Assembly (NCBI GenBank): GCA_018364485.1
Contig: JAGZLX010000001.1
Span: 435 to 64,434, forward strand
Reading direction: 5' to 3'
Length of the DNA stretch: 64,000 nt
Source of the DNA: Granulicatella adiacens
Lineage (GTDB): Bacteria > Bacillota > Bacilli > Lactobacillales > Aerococcaceae
In this document: piece by piece, positions 48,950 through 60,300 of the stretch
Numbering within the stretch: the stretch's first letter is position 1
Layout: each line of letters opens with the position of its first letter
Notes under the pieces: generated by a model
Told to the model about the DNA's origin: nothing
Databases searched by the model: none
What the model saw: the letters and a program-made list of their open reading frames with translations, nothing else
Translations under genes and position numbers: made by a program

Positions 48950-50347
48950 ATGAAAAGTCCTCGTACATGGGTGAAGAAAATCGTCTGTGCACTCAGCATT
49001 TTCGCTGTAGGAGCAACGACGGTGACACCAGTAATTTATGCGCAAGATGACGCAAAAGCAAAAGAGGAAGCAGCTGCGATTCAAGATGTACAAAGCTACA
49101 TCGCAATCGAGCAAACGAGCGGAAAAATTTTGATGCAAAACAATCAAGATGAAGTTCGCGGGATTGCTTCCATGAGTAAAATGATTTCACAATATTTAAT
49201 TTTAGAAGCGATTAAAAATGGAGAGGTAACTTGGGAAACACAAATCCCAGTAAGCGACCGCGTTCACCAATTGAGTGCGAACTATAGCTTATCCAACGTA
49301 CCGCTTTTACCAAGTGAAAAATACACGATTAAAGAATTATTCGATGCGATTTCCATCTATTCAGCCAACGCCGCAACATTAGCGGTGGCCGAATATATCG
49401 GAGGTTCTGAAGCCAACTGGATTGAACGAATGAAAGCCAAACTCGATGAGTGGGGCATTAAAGACGCAACGATTATTAACGTAACGGGCCTACCGAATAA
49501 ATACGGCGGCGCTGATAAAAATCCGTCGTATGGTGATGAAGATGAAAACAGCATGTCAGCTCGTTCGGTAGCGATTATCGCGAAGAACTTGGTGAATGAT
49601 TTCCCTGAGATTTTAAATGTATCATCGATTTCCACAAAGACATTCCGTCCAAATAGTTCAGGAACAACGAAGATGGATAACTTTAACTATCTTCTTCCAG
49701 GGCTACTCTTCGAATACGAAGGGGTCACAGGGTTGAAGACAGGAACGAGTGATGCCAGCGGAGCGTCGATTACAACGACTGCCACACGCAACGGCTTCTC
49801 GGTGATTGTCGTATCGATGGGGTCTAAAGAGCCGCTTAATCGTTTCAAAGTAACAAGACATCTATTAGATGAAGTGTTCAAGAAATATGAAGGCCTTCTT
49901 GTCGGCGCACCAGGAAAATCCGTTCAAAACTTGGCGCCTATCCAATTAGAAGGTGGAACGGAAGAGACGCTTGGCGTGGATTACGGGAAAACTTTTATTG
50001 CGGCCGTACCAAAAGGAACAGCACTGAGCCAGATCAAGATTTCATTTACACCTTCTGATGACGTAAAGACAGAAGATGGCAAAGTGAAAGCTCCTGTGAC
50101 GGCAGGGCAAACGGTTGGGACATTGAATTTTGAGATGCCAGGAGAAAACCTTGGCTATGTCGATGGAAAAGACCACGGAACGGTGGAAGCTTTGGCCGCA
50201 TTCGATGTAGAAAATTCTAATGTCGTGACAGAAGGTGTGCGTGGAGCGAAAGGATTTATCGACCAAATGGTTCAAAAAGTTCAAGACTTCTTTGGGGGCA
50301 TTTGGAGCAAAATCCAAAGTGTCTTCTCACCAGAAAGTTCGAACTAG
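48950..50347 (+). CDS. dacA: D-alanyl-D-alanine carboxypeptidase (low-molecular-weight PBP, S11 family)
   Basis: Signal peptide, SxxK (ASMSKM), SxN and KTG motifs, and a C-terminal PBP5_C domain. Confidence 0.85.
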   Translation: MKSPRTWVKKIVCALSIFAVGATTVTPVIYAQDDAKAKEEAAAIQDVQSYIAIEQTSGKILMQNNQDEVRGIASMSKMISQYLILEAIKNGEVTWETQIPVSDRVHQLSANYSLSNVPLLPSEKYTIKELFDAISIYSANAATLAVAEYIGGSEANWIERMKAKLDEWGIKDATIINVTGLPNKYGGADKNPSYGDEDENSMSARSVAIIAKNLVNDFPEILNVSSISTKTFRPNSSGTTKMDNFNYLLPGLLFEYEGVTGLKTGTSDASGASITTTATRNGFSVIVVSMGSKEPLNRFKVTRHLLDEVFKKYEGLLVGAPGKSVQNLAPIQLEGGTEETLGVDYGKTFIAAVPKGTALSQIKISFTPSDDVKTEDGKVKAPVTAGQTVGTLNFEMPGENLGYVDGKDHGTVEALAAFDVENSNVVTEGVRGAKGFIDQMVQKVQDFFGGIWSKIQSVFSPESSN

Positions 50348-50365
50348 GAATTTTTGCTAAAAGGC

Positions 50366-51950
<1,585 letters not shown>

Positions 51951-52028
51951 TAGGAACCCAAGGGATACTCAAAGTAGTAGCTCACAATAAATCATTAACA
52001 GTTAAAAAGCCTCTATATTGAAGAGCAG

Positions 52029-52219
52029 TTCCACAACATTCGAATCCTTTCGGATGTTTGTATAGTGGTAATTGTAAGGATACCGTCAGGAGCCAAATGT
52101 CTCCTGACTACCAAGCTTCAAACTGACTCTACGGGTTACACCCTAGAGTCAGTAATTCACATTGGTTATGATTCCCTTACGATTACCACTATACATCCGA
52201 AGGATTCCTTGTTGTGGAA
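52029..52219. repeat. palindromic MITE-like intergenic repeat, copy 5
   Basis: Terminal inverted repeats ttccacaacattcgaatcctttcggatgtttgtatagtgg / ccactatacatccgaaggattccttgttgtggaa. Contains the reverse complement of the copy-2 module (ccaagcttcaaactgactctacgggttacaccctagagtcagtaattcacattgg). Appears inserted into the serS terminator hairpin (aaaagcctctat...atagaggcttttttt). Confidence 0.85.
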
Positions 52220-52374
52220 AGTCTTTTCGCATAGAGGCTTTTTTTGTTATGTTTCATTCATTGTACATAGCAGTATCCCTTGGCTTTCTATCATATTAGC
52301 CATCCAGTATGGGTAAGCACTTCAAAGTTTGTCCGTTGGGAAAGGGAGACGAGGTAGTATGTGCAGTGTCCTAG

Positions 52375-52470
52375 ACATCTTCATAGTAAAGGCTATAAGG
52401 GCACCGGGTTGAGCCAAGGTCTCAACTCCTGCCGAACTTCAAATCCTTATAGCTTTTACTATAGAGTCTG
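52375..52470. repeat. short palindromic repeat, copy 5b (truncated family member)
   Basis: Inverted repeats catagtaaaggctataagg / ccttatagcttttactatag flank a gcaccgggttgagccaaggtctcaactcctgcc module related to the ggtaggaattgagacg...ctcaatccggtgc module. Confidence 0.6.
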
Positions 52471-52748
52471 GAAAGTCCACAGCTTATTTTATTCTACTCG
52501 TGCTCATCTTTTTATTGGAACAAAGCCTTTTTTATAACCCCCCTATATTGGACAACTGCTTCAAAGTTTGTCCTCCAGGAGAGGCTAGAACGGAGAAGAA
52601 AGTGCCCGGCACTCTCTGCCTCTTTTCCCTTTCCCCGTCCTCCAGAAATACGCTTCACACAGACCAAGTCACACTGACAAACTATTTAAAACTTCACCCA
52701 ACAATATTTCATGCACAGGTTCTACGCAGTCTGAATGTGCTCTAATAA

Positions 52749-52934
52749 AAACACGAAAGCTCCTCGGAGACTATAGTAGTGAGAATAGCGAGTGCAACCG
52801 AAGAGAATTACGGACTCTGGAAATTCATTTTCTAGAGTCCGTTTGAAATTCGGTAGGAATTGAGACTTCGGCTCAATCCGGTGCAGCTGTTCTCACTACT
52901 ATGTAGGCCTCCGAAGGAGCTAGTAGTGTTTTTA
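52749..52934. repeat. palindromic MITE-like intergenic repeat, copy 6
   Basis: Terminal inverted repeats aaaaacacgaaagctcctcggagactatagtagtgagaatagc / gctgttctcactactatgtaggcctccgaaggagctagtagtgttttta. Inner ggtaggaattgagacttcggctcaatccggtgc module. Abuts the stop of the GDPD gene. Confidence 0.85.
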
Positions 52935-52936
52935 TT

Positions 52937-54721
52937 TTATTTAGCAATTGTAACATTCAACGTGCGTAAGAAGCGGTCCATTAAACTGTTTTTGGTTTTG
53001 TGCTCCTCTTGAATGGCTTTGGCGAGCGCGACTTTGTCTGTGATGATCCCGTTTACCGGGCTGTCTACGTATTTCTGGAGGGCCTCATCCGTATTAATGG
53101 TCCAGACAAACACCTCATGTCCTGTCTCCTGCGCATGCAGTACCGCCAGTTCCTGGTAAGAAAAATCTTCTACCACATAGAAATCCACCTTCGCGTTTCC
53201 GAATCCGCCAAATTGGATGGGAATGACGAACCCAGTCGTGATTTCCGGTGCTTTTGCCTCGAGTTCTTCCATGACTTTCAAATCAAGGGACATGACCTTG
53301 TTTGAGTTGTCGATGGCGAGCTCTTTGTATTTTGCGATGAAAAGATCCACGTAGTTGGCAGGTTCACCGCCATGTGGCTTGAGCTCGATGACAAGCGGCA
53401 TACCGATTTCTTTGGCCGCTTTGAAAAACTCCTCAAAAGTAGGAATGTGGCTCTTGAAGTCGTCTTGTTCGATTGGGAGACCGCGAACCTCGTCTAGGGT
53501 CATGTCTTGCACGCGTTTATTCAGGCCAGCTAAGCGCTTCAAGTTATAGTCGTGCATGACGACGAATTGATTGTCTTTTGTCAGAAGAATATCCATCTCT
53601 ACCATATTGGCGCCAGCTTCTTTGGCTGCTTTGATGCCTTCAATCGAATTCTCAACGGCTTCATCGACATAGCCACGGTGACCGATGATGATAGGGTCAT
53701 TGGCCGACTCAGTTCTGTAAGTGGTGAGCGTTGTGAGAACCCCGCTTCCTATTACAAAGATGAGGGCGGCGGTTGTGACGATGGTACGCTTATGCTTAAT
53801 TTCTTCGTGGTGATGATACACCTCAAGGGACGCCAACTTATTATCGTGAATGATTTTCGTCATGAAAATAAAAGTGGCAATCTTCGTATAGAGAATAATA
53901 AATCCTTGAAGCAGTTTTGCGATGGCGAGGACACTACTTAACAGAAGCGTATTTGTGCCATTTGGGTCTAGGAATTCAACGAGGGCGACACTACCAAGCG
54001 AGATGAAAATAACAAGAATGGCTAGCACCCCTTCGACGACTGCCGAAATCAGGAGCAGGCGCGCAACGTTCTTCTTCGTTAGCTTCCAACTCGTGATGAT
54101 ATTTGTGGTAAATGGCTGGTCGGTAAGAATTTGAAGCGGAATCGCAAGAGCGCTTCGTGCGTGAAAGTAGAGCAGCACAACGACCAGACCTAAGTAGAAG
54201 AGAGTACCGGCACTCGTCTTAGTGATTTCACCCGTAATAAATTCTGGAATGGTAATGTTTTTAGAAATAAACGTCAGCTCACCGATATTGACGATGGGCA
54301 GGAGCGTTAAAAAGTACAGCCAGAACGTAATAAAATGGCCGTTTAGTAATTGCTTGAGTTCACTAAATGCATTTTGAATACTACTACGCCATGAAAAATG
54401 AATGCCGCGAATCGTTCCGTAAATCATGAAGATGAGAATCGAGAACTCCATGAAGATAAGAAACGCGAATGCCAATAAATAGAGAATCAGTAGCGGGATG
54501 GATCCCGGACTCAGCAGGACTGTTTTAAAATTGGTGAAGTTTAAATTGGACTGTCCTGTGATAAGGAGCATGCCTCTAAAAATCAGCGTGAGCAGACCGA
54601 ATCCAAACACGGATATAAAAAATTGTAAGAAAATGGAATTTCGTAAATACATCCAGCTATTTTGCATTAAATTGCCTAATGTAAAGCGGATGGTTTTCCA
54701 TACGGGGATTTTTTGATTCAT
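52937..54721 (-). CDS. membrane-anchored glycerophosphodiester phosphodiesterase (multi-TM N-domain + GDPD domain)
   Basis: About 8 N-terminal TM helices, then a GDPD catalytic domain (IIGHRGY...ENSIEG...MVEMDILLTKDNQFVVMHD). Confidence 0.8.
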   Translation of the reverse strand: MNQKIPVWKTIRFTLGNLMQNSWMYLRNSIFLQFFISVFGFGLLTLIFRGMLLITGQSNLNFTNFKTVLLSPGSIPLLILYLLAFAFLIFMEFSILIFMIYGTIRGIHFSWRSSIQNAFSELKQLLNGHFITFWLYFLTLLPIVNIGELTFISKNITIPEFITGEITKTSAGTLFYLGLVVVLLYFHARSALAIPLQILTDQPFTTNIITSWKLTKKNVARLLLISAVVEGVLAILVIFISLGSVALVEFLDPNGTNTLLLSSVLAIAKLLQGFIILYTKIATFIFMTKIIHDNKLASLEVYHHHEEIKHKRTIVTTAALIFVIGSGVLTTLTTYRTESANDPIIIGHRGYVDEAVENSIEGIKAAKEAGANMVEMDILLTKDNQFVVMHDYNLKRLAGLNKRVQDMTLDEVRGLPIEQDDFKSHIPTFEEFFKAAKEIGMPLVIELKPHGGEPANYVDLFIAKYKELAIDNSNKVMSLDLKVMEELEAKAPEITTGFVIPIQFGGFGNAKVDFYVVEDFSYQELAVLHAQETGHEVFVWTINTDEALQKYVDSPVNGIITDKVALAKAIQEEHKTKNSLMDRFLRTLNVTIAK

Positions 54722-54875
54722 AAAGCCTCCGATGTGTAAAAAAGTTCGTTAGATTCACCTTAGCACGAACGAAAAAGAAGCGCAAGCCGATACAAAATGG
54801 TATTGAAAAATCGTGTAATAGAATTTATAATGGAAAAAGTAATCAAAAAATAGAAAAGCTTTTCAGGAGGAAATC

Positions 54876-55883
54876 ATGAAAAAAAGACTGTTAACATTAT
54901 TCTGTTTAGTAGCGACTGTGTTACTTGCTGCTTGTGGCGTAAAAAAAGTAGACGCTGGTGAATCTATCAAAACGACTTTTACTGGGTTAGATACAAAAGG
55001 TGAACTTGTATATCAAGTAGATACTCAAGAGTTAGTAAAAGAGTTCTTAGTAGCAAACCCTAAAGCAGATGCGAAAACAGAAGCAGAAGTTCGTGTGGCT
55101 GCAACAAAAGTGAAAGTAACTCCAAGTAAGACAGATGGATTATCAAACGACGAAGAAATCACATTCACTTTCGCTTCAGATAAAGATGCTGAAAAATACT
55201 TTAACCTTCCAAAAGAAACAAAAGTTAAAGTTAGCGGCTTAAAAGAAGCGAAGAAATTAAATACTGAAGAATTAGCAAAAATTACTTCATTAGAAGTTGA
55301 GGGCTATAACAAAGTTGGTCATGCAGAAGTTCGTGTAACAGATTCTAAATTGTCATTCTTACGTTTCAAAGTTGAAAACGACGGCGAATTAGAAAACGGA
55401 AAAGACGCTAAAATCGTTTTAGACGGTGACTTCAGTAGCACATTAGAAAACCGCGGTTATGTATTAGAAGGTGACGGTAGCTTCACTCTTCCTGTTAAAG
55501 GATTGAAGACAGTTGCTGACAAATTTGATGACGTTAAGAACAAAGATGAAGTGTTAGCGAAAGTAAAAGAAGAAATCAACAAACGCTACTCTGATGCAAC
55601 AGTAACATTCGACAAAACTTACTACCGTGGCGTTTCTAAAAACGTTACTACAAGCGCATTATCAGACAAATTCGTTACTGGTAACGGAAACTTAGTAATG
55701 GTTGTTCAAGTAGAATACAAATACGCTGGTAAACAAGTTTACGCAATCGGATTAACAGATTTAATCACAGATAGCGAAGGCAAAATTGTTCTAAAAGACG
55801 CTAAAATCGTGAACAAATCATTCGATGACTTCTCAACAGCAGCTCAAAAATTAGAATCAATCGGTTATACAGAAGTTAAATAA
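54876..55883 (+). CDS. hypothetical lipoprotein (335 aa, two internal repeats)
   Basis: Signal peptide and lipobox (LLAAC); Lys/Glu/Val-rich beta-repeat composition. Confidence 0.6.
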   Translation: MKKRLLTLFCLVATVLLAACGVKKVDAGESIKTTFTGLDTKGELVYQVDTQELVKEFLVANPKADAKTEAEVRVAATKVKVTPSKTDGLSNDEEITFTFASDKDAEKYFNLPKETKVKVSGLKEAKKLNTEELAKITSLEVEGYNKVGHAEVRVTDSKLSFLRFKVENDGELENGKDAKIVLDGDFSSTLENRGYVLEGDGSFTLPVKGLKTVADKFDDVKNKDEVLAKVKEEINKRYSDATVTFDKTYYRGVSKNVTTSALSDKFVTGNGNLVMVVQVEYKYAGKQVYAIGLTDLITDSEGKIVLKDAKIVNKSFDDFSTAAQKLESIGYTEVK

Positions 55884-56072
55884 TGTAAATAAAAATGGCT
55901 TGGACTACACGCTCCAAGCCATTTTTTGAAGTGCATCCCAAAAGTTAGACAGAAAATCTAACTTTTGGGGTGTTTTTCAATAGAATTATATTTTTATGAG
56001 GATTAAAAATATATCTAGAATCTAATTGTGGTATAATATTGAATTATAATTTGAATGAAAGAGGTATAGGAC

Positions 56073-56846
56073 ATGATCTTAGAAGAATTTGACCCCAACC
56101 GACAGGCTATTATTAATCCACAAGACTTACACCAACCAATTGAAGGATTTCCCAAAGTAGTCATCTCTTGCTTTTCAAGAGTAACTTTTGCTCGCCTCCT
56201 TGAGAATTACGATCATGAGGTCATTGCAAGAACCTCCATGGCTAATTTTGAAGTCTGTGTCTATGGTATCACGATAGGAGACCAACAGATTGCTGCCTTT
56301 AATGCACCAGTTGGGGCTGCTTCCTGTGTGGGAATTTTAGAGGATTTGATTCAGTTTGGGATGGAAAAACTTGTGCTCTTTGGGACTTGTGGGGTTTTAG
56401 ATCGAGATATCGAAGCGACCTCCATCATCATTCCAACAGCTGCCCTTCGAGACGAGGGGACCAGTTACCACTATCTTCCGGCTAGCGACGAAGTGGAAGT
56501 AAACAAGAAATCCCTTTCTCTCTTCCAAGCCTTTCTGGACAGTCACAAGGTTTCCTATCAGTCAGGAAAAGTGTGGACGACAGATGCACCGTACCGAGAA
56601 ACCATCGACAAGATGAAGCGACCAAAGGAAGCAGGGGCCATCTGTGTGGATATGGAATGTTCGGCAGTGGCAGCCTTAGCAGCTTTTAGGGACTTGGAGC
56701 TCTGCCATTTCTTCTACGCAGCAGACCACCTCTCGGAAGAGCAATGGGATATCCGAACCTTATCTAATCATGAGGATTTAGATAGCAAGGATCGAATCGC
56801 GGAGTTAGCCATCCAATTTGCGCTCTTTTGGGAAAAGGCTGACTAA
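56073..56846 (+). CDS. udp: nucleoside phosphorylase, PNP/UDP family 1 (uridine phosphorylase-like)
   Basis: 257 aa; phosphate/ribose-binding motifs (FGTCGVLD, CVDMECSAVAALA). Codon usage visibly different from its neighbours. Confidence 0.75.
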   Translation: MILEEFDPNRQAIINPQDLHQPIEGFPKVVISCFSRVTFARLLENYDHEVIARTSMANFEVCVYGITIGDQQIAAFNAPVGAASCVGILEDLIQFGMEKLVLFGTCGVLDRDIEATSIIIPTAALRDEGTSYHYLPASDEVEVNKKSLSLFQAFLDSHKVSYQSGKVWTTDAPYRETIDKMKRPKEAGAICVDMECSAVAALAAFRDLELCHFFYAADHLSEEQWDIRTLSNHEDLDSKDRIAELAIQFALFWEKAD

Positions 56847-56877
56847 ATAAACCAAACTTTAATATATTGAAACCAGT

Positions 56878-56914
56878 TGCCCAAAATTCACTTATAAGTG
56901 AATTTTGGGCAAGT
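56878..56914 (+). terminator. rho-independent terminator after the udp-like gene
   Basis: ttgcccaaaattcacttataagtgaattttgggcaa. Confidence 0.6.
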
Positions 56915-57074
56915 TACGTGAAGGACTCTTGCCTCTTCAAAAAGACCGTACCTATCACGTTTTCCAGCCACAACGACTCATCCCCAGCACCAACCCAATT
57001 TCTCCGTTTTTCACCAAAACCTCATTACAGCGCGCTTTCTAGCACTTCACTTTTTTGCAAAAAAATCTCATTTT

Positions 57075-57268
57075 CTTACAAGCCTGAAGAACGTTGCGGT
57101 TCTATAGCAACAGTAATGGGGGATAGCAACCAATGTGAATTACTGACTCTAGGGTGAAACCCGTAGAGTCAGTTTGAAGCTTGGTAGGAATTGAGACGTT
57201 AGGCTCAATCCGGTGCCCCATTACCGTAGCTATGAAGCTAACCGCAACCGTTCAAAAAGGCTTGTAAG
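57075..57268. repeat. palindromic MITE-like intergenic repeat, copy 7
   Basis: cttacaagcctgaagaacgttgcggttctatagcaacagtaatggggg ... ccccattaccgtagctatgaagctaaccgcaaccgttcaaaaaggcttgtaag. The inner 110 nt are nearly identical to copy 2. Confidence 0.85.
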
Positions 57269-57310
57269 AAAAACGTAAGTTTTACAAAAAAAGATTAGTA
57301 TGCAACAGAA

Positions 57311-57339
57311 AGATGCCCCTGCATTGCAGGGGCATCTTT
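57311..57339 (-). terminator. terminator downstream of the Mga-like regulator gene
   Basis: gatgcccctgcattgcaggggcatc hairpin with flanking T/A runs. Confidence 0.6.
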
Positions 57340-58848
57340 CTATTGTTTATTCAACTCGTTTACGAGGTCAATCATACTCAAATCATGCGAGCAGATCACC
57401 GTTTTCCCTTTAATTTCAGGAAGAGCAAAGTTGCTCAAAATAATCTTGTAATCTGATTTCTCTAGAATATCTAACGAAATTTCAAGCTGGTCATACGTAT
57501 GATACTCGAAGCGGTTTGCCGCGTTGTGTTCTAAATACGATGCCAAGAATTTTGGATAGTATTCGTCGAAATCGTTTAAGATCAACACCTTGATTTTCTC
57601 TTGTTTGGCTTGCAACTGAGCAACAAGACCTTCCCAGTGCGTGTAGAACGTGTAAATCAAGTGTGAGATGTTTCGTTGACGTTTTACGTTTTTAATCTCG
57701 TGCTGGTATTGCTCAAGGAGTGCTGCAACATCATTGTAGAACTCAGGTGAAAGCGACTTGAAGAAGTTCATCAATGGTTTCTTCTTATCGAATAAGATAA
57801 AGTCTGAGTGCACTTCGATACGTTCTAATTGAGACGTGTTATGTAAGTGCCACAATAGTAAATCATAGTTTTCACACTTCAAGCCGTAACGTTTTTCAAG
57901 ACTTTGGATGTTCGTCACTAATGTATCGAAGGATAGGCGGTCACGGACGTTTTCTTGACGTGCCGCTGAGAACTCTTCGACGTTTAAGAAGAAGTGCGGT
58001 TGTAAGAAAATAGAGAAGGATTGTTCCAGAATTTCTGGAGTCACGTTGATTCCTGTTTCTTTTACAAATTGCGCAACGATTTCGTCTAGGCCTTCTAATT
58101 GATTGTAGTAATCATAGAATTTGTCTTTTGCTTCGATGTTTTGTACGAAATGTCCTTGATAAGCACGGAAGAAGTTCACCGTGAAGATCATCTTGAAGAC
58201 ACGGAACCCTTCAAAGCTTTGTGGGAAGTTTGAAGACTTGAAGAGGTCAGCTAAAATCTTTTCAAGTGAAGCTTCGTCTACAAAGTCGAATGGCCATTCG
58301 AAGAAAGGTGTCTTTTCAGCAAAATATTGAATGAAGAAGAAACGAATGTCTTGTTCATTTCCAATAAATTGTAAGTTTTTCTTCGAGATTTGGAAATCGA
58401 ATTTTTTCTTTAAGCTATTGTTGATTTTTTGAATGTAACGATTCAATGTTGAAGTCGTAATAAATAGTTTTTGTGTCATTTCTGAGACAGTGGTTTCTTC
58501 GTGTAAGAATAATTGTTCCAGAATTTCGTAGCAAATAGAATGTGAATAATAATAAGGATAAACCACTTCCGTACTTAAGTTTTGTGGTAATTCAATACGT
58601 ACCCCGTTCGTCGAGAAGAGGATATCTAATCCTTCAATCTTATCGCGTAAAAAAGCGAGGTCGATTTTAATGGCGCGGGTAGAAACTTTAAACGCTTTTG
58701 CAAGCTCGTCGATATGAACCCAGCCGTTTGCTTGGACTAAATAGTCTACAATATCAATTTGTCGGTTTTGATTTTTTGAAAGTAATGCTCTCATTTCTTT
58801 CTCCCTTTTCTTGTTAGTTGTGTCACACACTAAATTGCTAAAATACAA
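57340..58848 (-). CDS. Mga/RofA-like stand-alone transcriptional regulator (HTH + PRD-like domains)
   Basis: About 500 aa; N-terminal HTH region (IDIVDYLVQANGWVHIDELAKAFKVSTRAIKIDLAFL); size and Phe/Tyr-rich helical architecture match Mga/AtxA/RofA-type regulators. An internal Met (MRALLSKNQ) may be the true start. Confidence 0.45.
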   Translation of the reverse strand: MYFSNLVCDTTNKKREKEMRALLSKNQNRQIDIVDYLVQANGWVHIDELAKAFKVSTRAIKIDLAFLRDKIEGLDILFSTNGVRIELPQNLSTEVVYPYYYSHSICYEILEQLFLHEETTVSEMTQKLFITTSTLNRYIQKINNSLKKKFDFQISKKNLQFIGNEQDIRFFFIQYFAEKTPFFEWPFDFVDEASLEKILADLFKSSNFPQSFEGFRVFKMIFTVNFFRAYQGHFVQNIEAKDKFYDYYNQLEGLDEIVAQFVKETGINVTPEILEQSFSIFLQPHFFLNVEEFSAARQENVRDRLSFDTLVTNIQSLEKRYGLKCENYDLLLWHLHNTSQLERIEVHSDFILFDKKKPLMNFFKSLSPEFYNDVAALLEQYQHEIKNVKRQRNISHLIYTFYTHWEGLVAQLQAKQEKIKVLILNDFDEYYPKFLASYLEHNAANRFEYHTYDQLEISLDILEKSDYKIILSNFALPEIKGKTVICSHDLSMIDLVNELNKQ

Positions 58849-58985
58849 TATATCACACTTTAGGTGTAAATAATACCTATTTATAACTTGAAAAGAATGA
58901 AAATAATTATAAGAAAAATGAAAATGAAAACGATAAAAATGTAAACAAAATATTTTTTCAAAAAATACGAGTTATCTATTGCATG

Positions 58986-59000
58986 AATTGTCAGAATATT
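58986..59000. promoter_or_regulatory. candidate CodY box (AATTGTCAGAATATT) upstream of livJ
   Basis: 13 of 15 positions match the CodY consensus AATTTTCWGAAAATT; about 50 nt upstream of the livJ start in an AT-rich promoter region. Confidence 0.3.
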
Positions 59001-59048
59001 ATATACTACTCTCAAGTTGAAAAATTCATCCATGAAAAGAGGGATCTT

Positions 59049-60206
59049 ATGAAATTAAAGAAATTCACATTAGGCGCTGTGGTTGCAGCAATTTTAGCAG
59101 GTTGTGGAAACGCAGCAGATAGTAATACAGTCAAAATCGGAGGGAACTTCGAGTTAACAGGGAACGTAGCGACTTACGGTACTTCTATGAACAACGGTGC
59201 TCAATTAGCCGTAGAACAAAAAGGGAAGTTATTAGATAAGGAATTAAAATACGTTTCATACGATAACAAATCAGACAAAACAGAAGTTGCTTCTGTAGCG
59301 AAGAAATTAGCTTCTGAGAAAGTGGTTGGCGTTGTCGGGCCAGCAACAACAGGGGATGCTTCAGTATCAATCCCAGTTAACGAACAAGCAAAAATCCCAA
59401 CAGTCTTCCCAGCAACAACAGGGGACGGCGTAACATTGAAAAACGCAGAAGATGCATCTTCAGTATATGAATACATCTACCGTGTATGTTTCTCTGACAG
59501 CTACCAAGGGGTTGTAGGAGCAAACTTCGTACACAAGAAATTCGGAAATGCTAAAGTAGCCATCTTACAAGATACAGGTAATGACTACTCTAAAGGGTTA
59601 GCAGATGCCTTTGAAAAAACTTACACTGACAGCAAAATCGGTGGAACAGTTGTAACTCGTGAATACTACCAATCAAAAGACACAGACTTCCAAGCAGTAT
59701 TAACAACATTGAAATCTAAAGACTTCGATGTATTATATGTTCCTGGTTACTACGAAGAAGTTGGTCTAATCATCAAACAAGCACGTGAAATGGGTATCAC
59801 TCAACCAATCGTTGGTGGGGACGGACTTTCAAGTGACAAGTTAGCAGCATTAGCAGGTAACAGCTCAAACCTTTCTAACGTTTACTACACTTCACACTTC
59901 TCAACATTAAGTGATGATGCAGACGTTCAAGCGTTCGTTAAAGCGTACAAAGAAAAATATGGTGCAAACCCAGATACTTTCGCCGCTTTAAGTTATGATG
60001 CCACTCAATTGTTAATGAAAGCTATCGAAAAAGCAGGCTCAACTGATCCTCAAGCAATCACAAAAGCTTTAGCAGAAACAAAAGACTTCGATGGTGTCAC
60101 AGGTACATTCTCAATGGGTGCAGACCACACACCAGTGAAATCAGCAGTTGTCATCGAGTTCCAAAACGGACAAGAAGTAAGTGCTCAAGAGTACTCAGCT
60201 GACTAA
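59049..60206 (+). CDS. livJ: branched-chain amino acid ABC transporter substrate-binding lipoprotein (LivJ/LivK family)
   Basis: Lipobox (ILAGCGN) and a Peripla_BP_6 fold; start chosen at ATG 59049 with SD AAGAGGGA. Confidence 0.85.
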   Translation: MKLKKFTLGAVVAAILAGCGNAADSNTVKIGGNFELTGNVATYGTSMNNGAQLAVEQKGKLLDKELKYVSYDNKSDKTEVASVAKKLASEKVVGVVGPATTGDASVSIPVNEQAKIPTVFPATTGDGVTLKNAEDASSVYEYIYRVCFSDSYQGVVGANFVHKKFGNAKVAILQDTGNDYSKGLADAFEKTYTDSKIGGTVVTREYYQSKDTDFQAVLTTLKSKDFDVLYVPGYYEEVGLIIKQAREMGITQPIVGGDGLSSDKLAALAGNSSNLSNVYYTSHFSTLSDDADVQAFVKAYKEKYGANPDTFAALSYDATQLLMKAIEKAGSTDPQAITKALAETKDFDGVTGTFSMGADHTPVKSAVVIEFQNGQEVSAQEYSAD

Positions 60207-60300
60207 TTAAGTTTTAACAGTATTTTTTAAGAGAGGCACGAAGGGGACTTCCGCCTCTCTTTTCCACTAGATAAAGGATAGATTTGAAAGGAGAAAATAT

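Noticed and set aside
52065-52745. Track ORFs of 83 aa (52065-52316) and 81 aa (52500-52745) in the serS downstream region
   Set aside because: Neither has an RBS. The second starts at GTG. The first is translated straight through a palindromic repeat. Their composition is low-complexity, so they are treated as non-coding.
56867-57157. A 96-aa ORF overlapping repeat copy 7
   Set aside because: It has no SD, is Ser/Pro-rich, and runs into the repeat element. It is likely a chance ORF in the terminator/repeat region.
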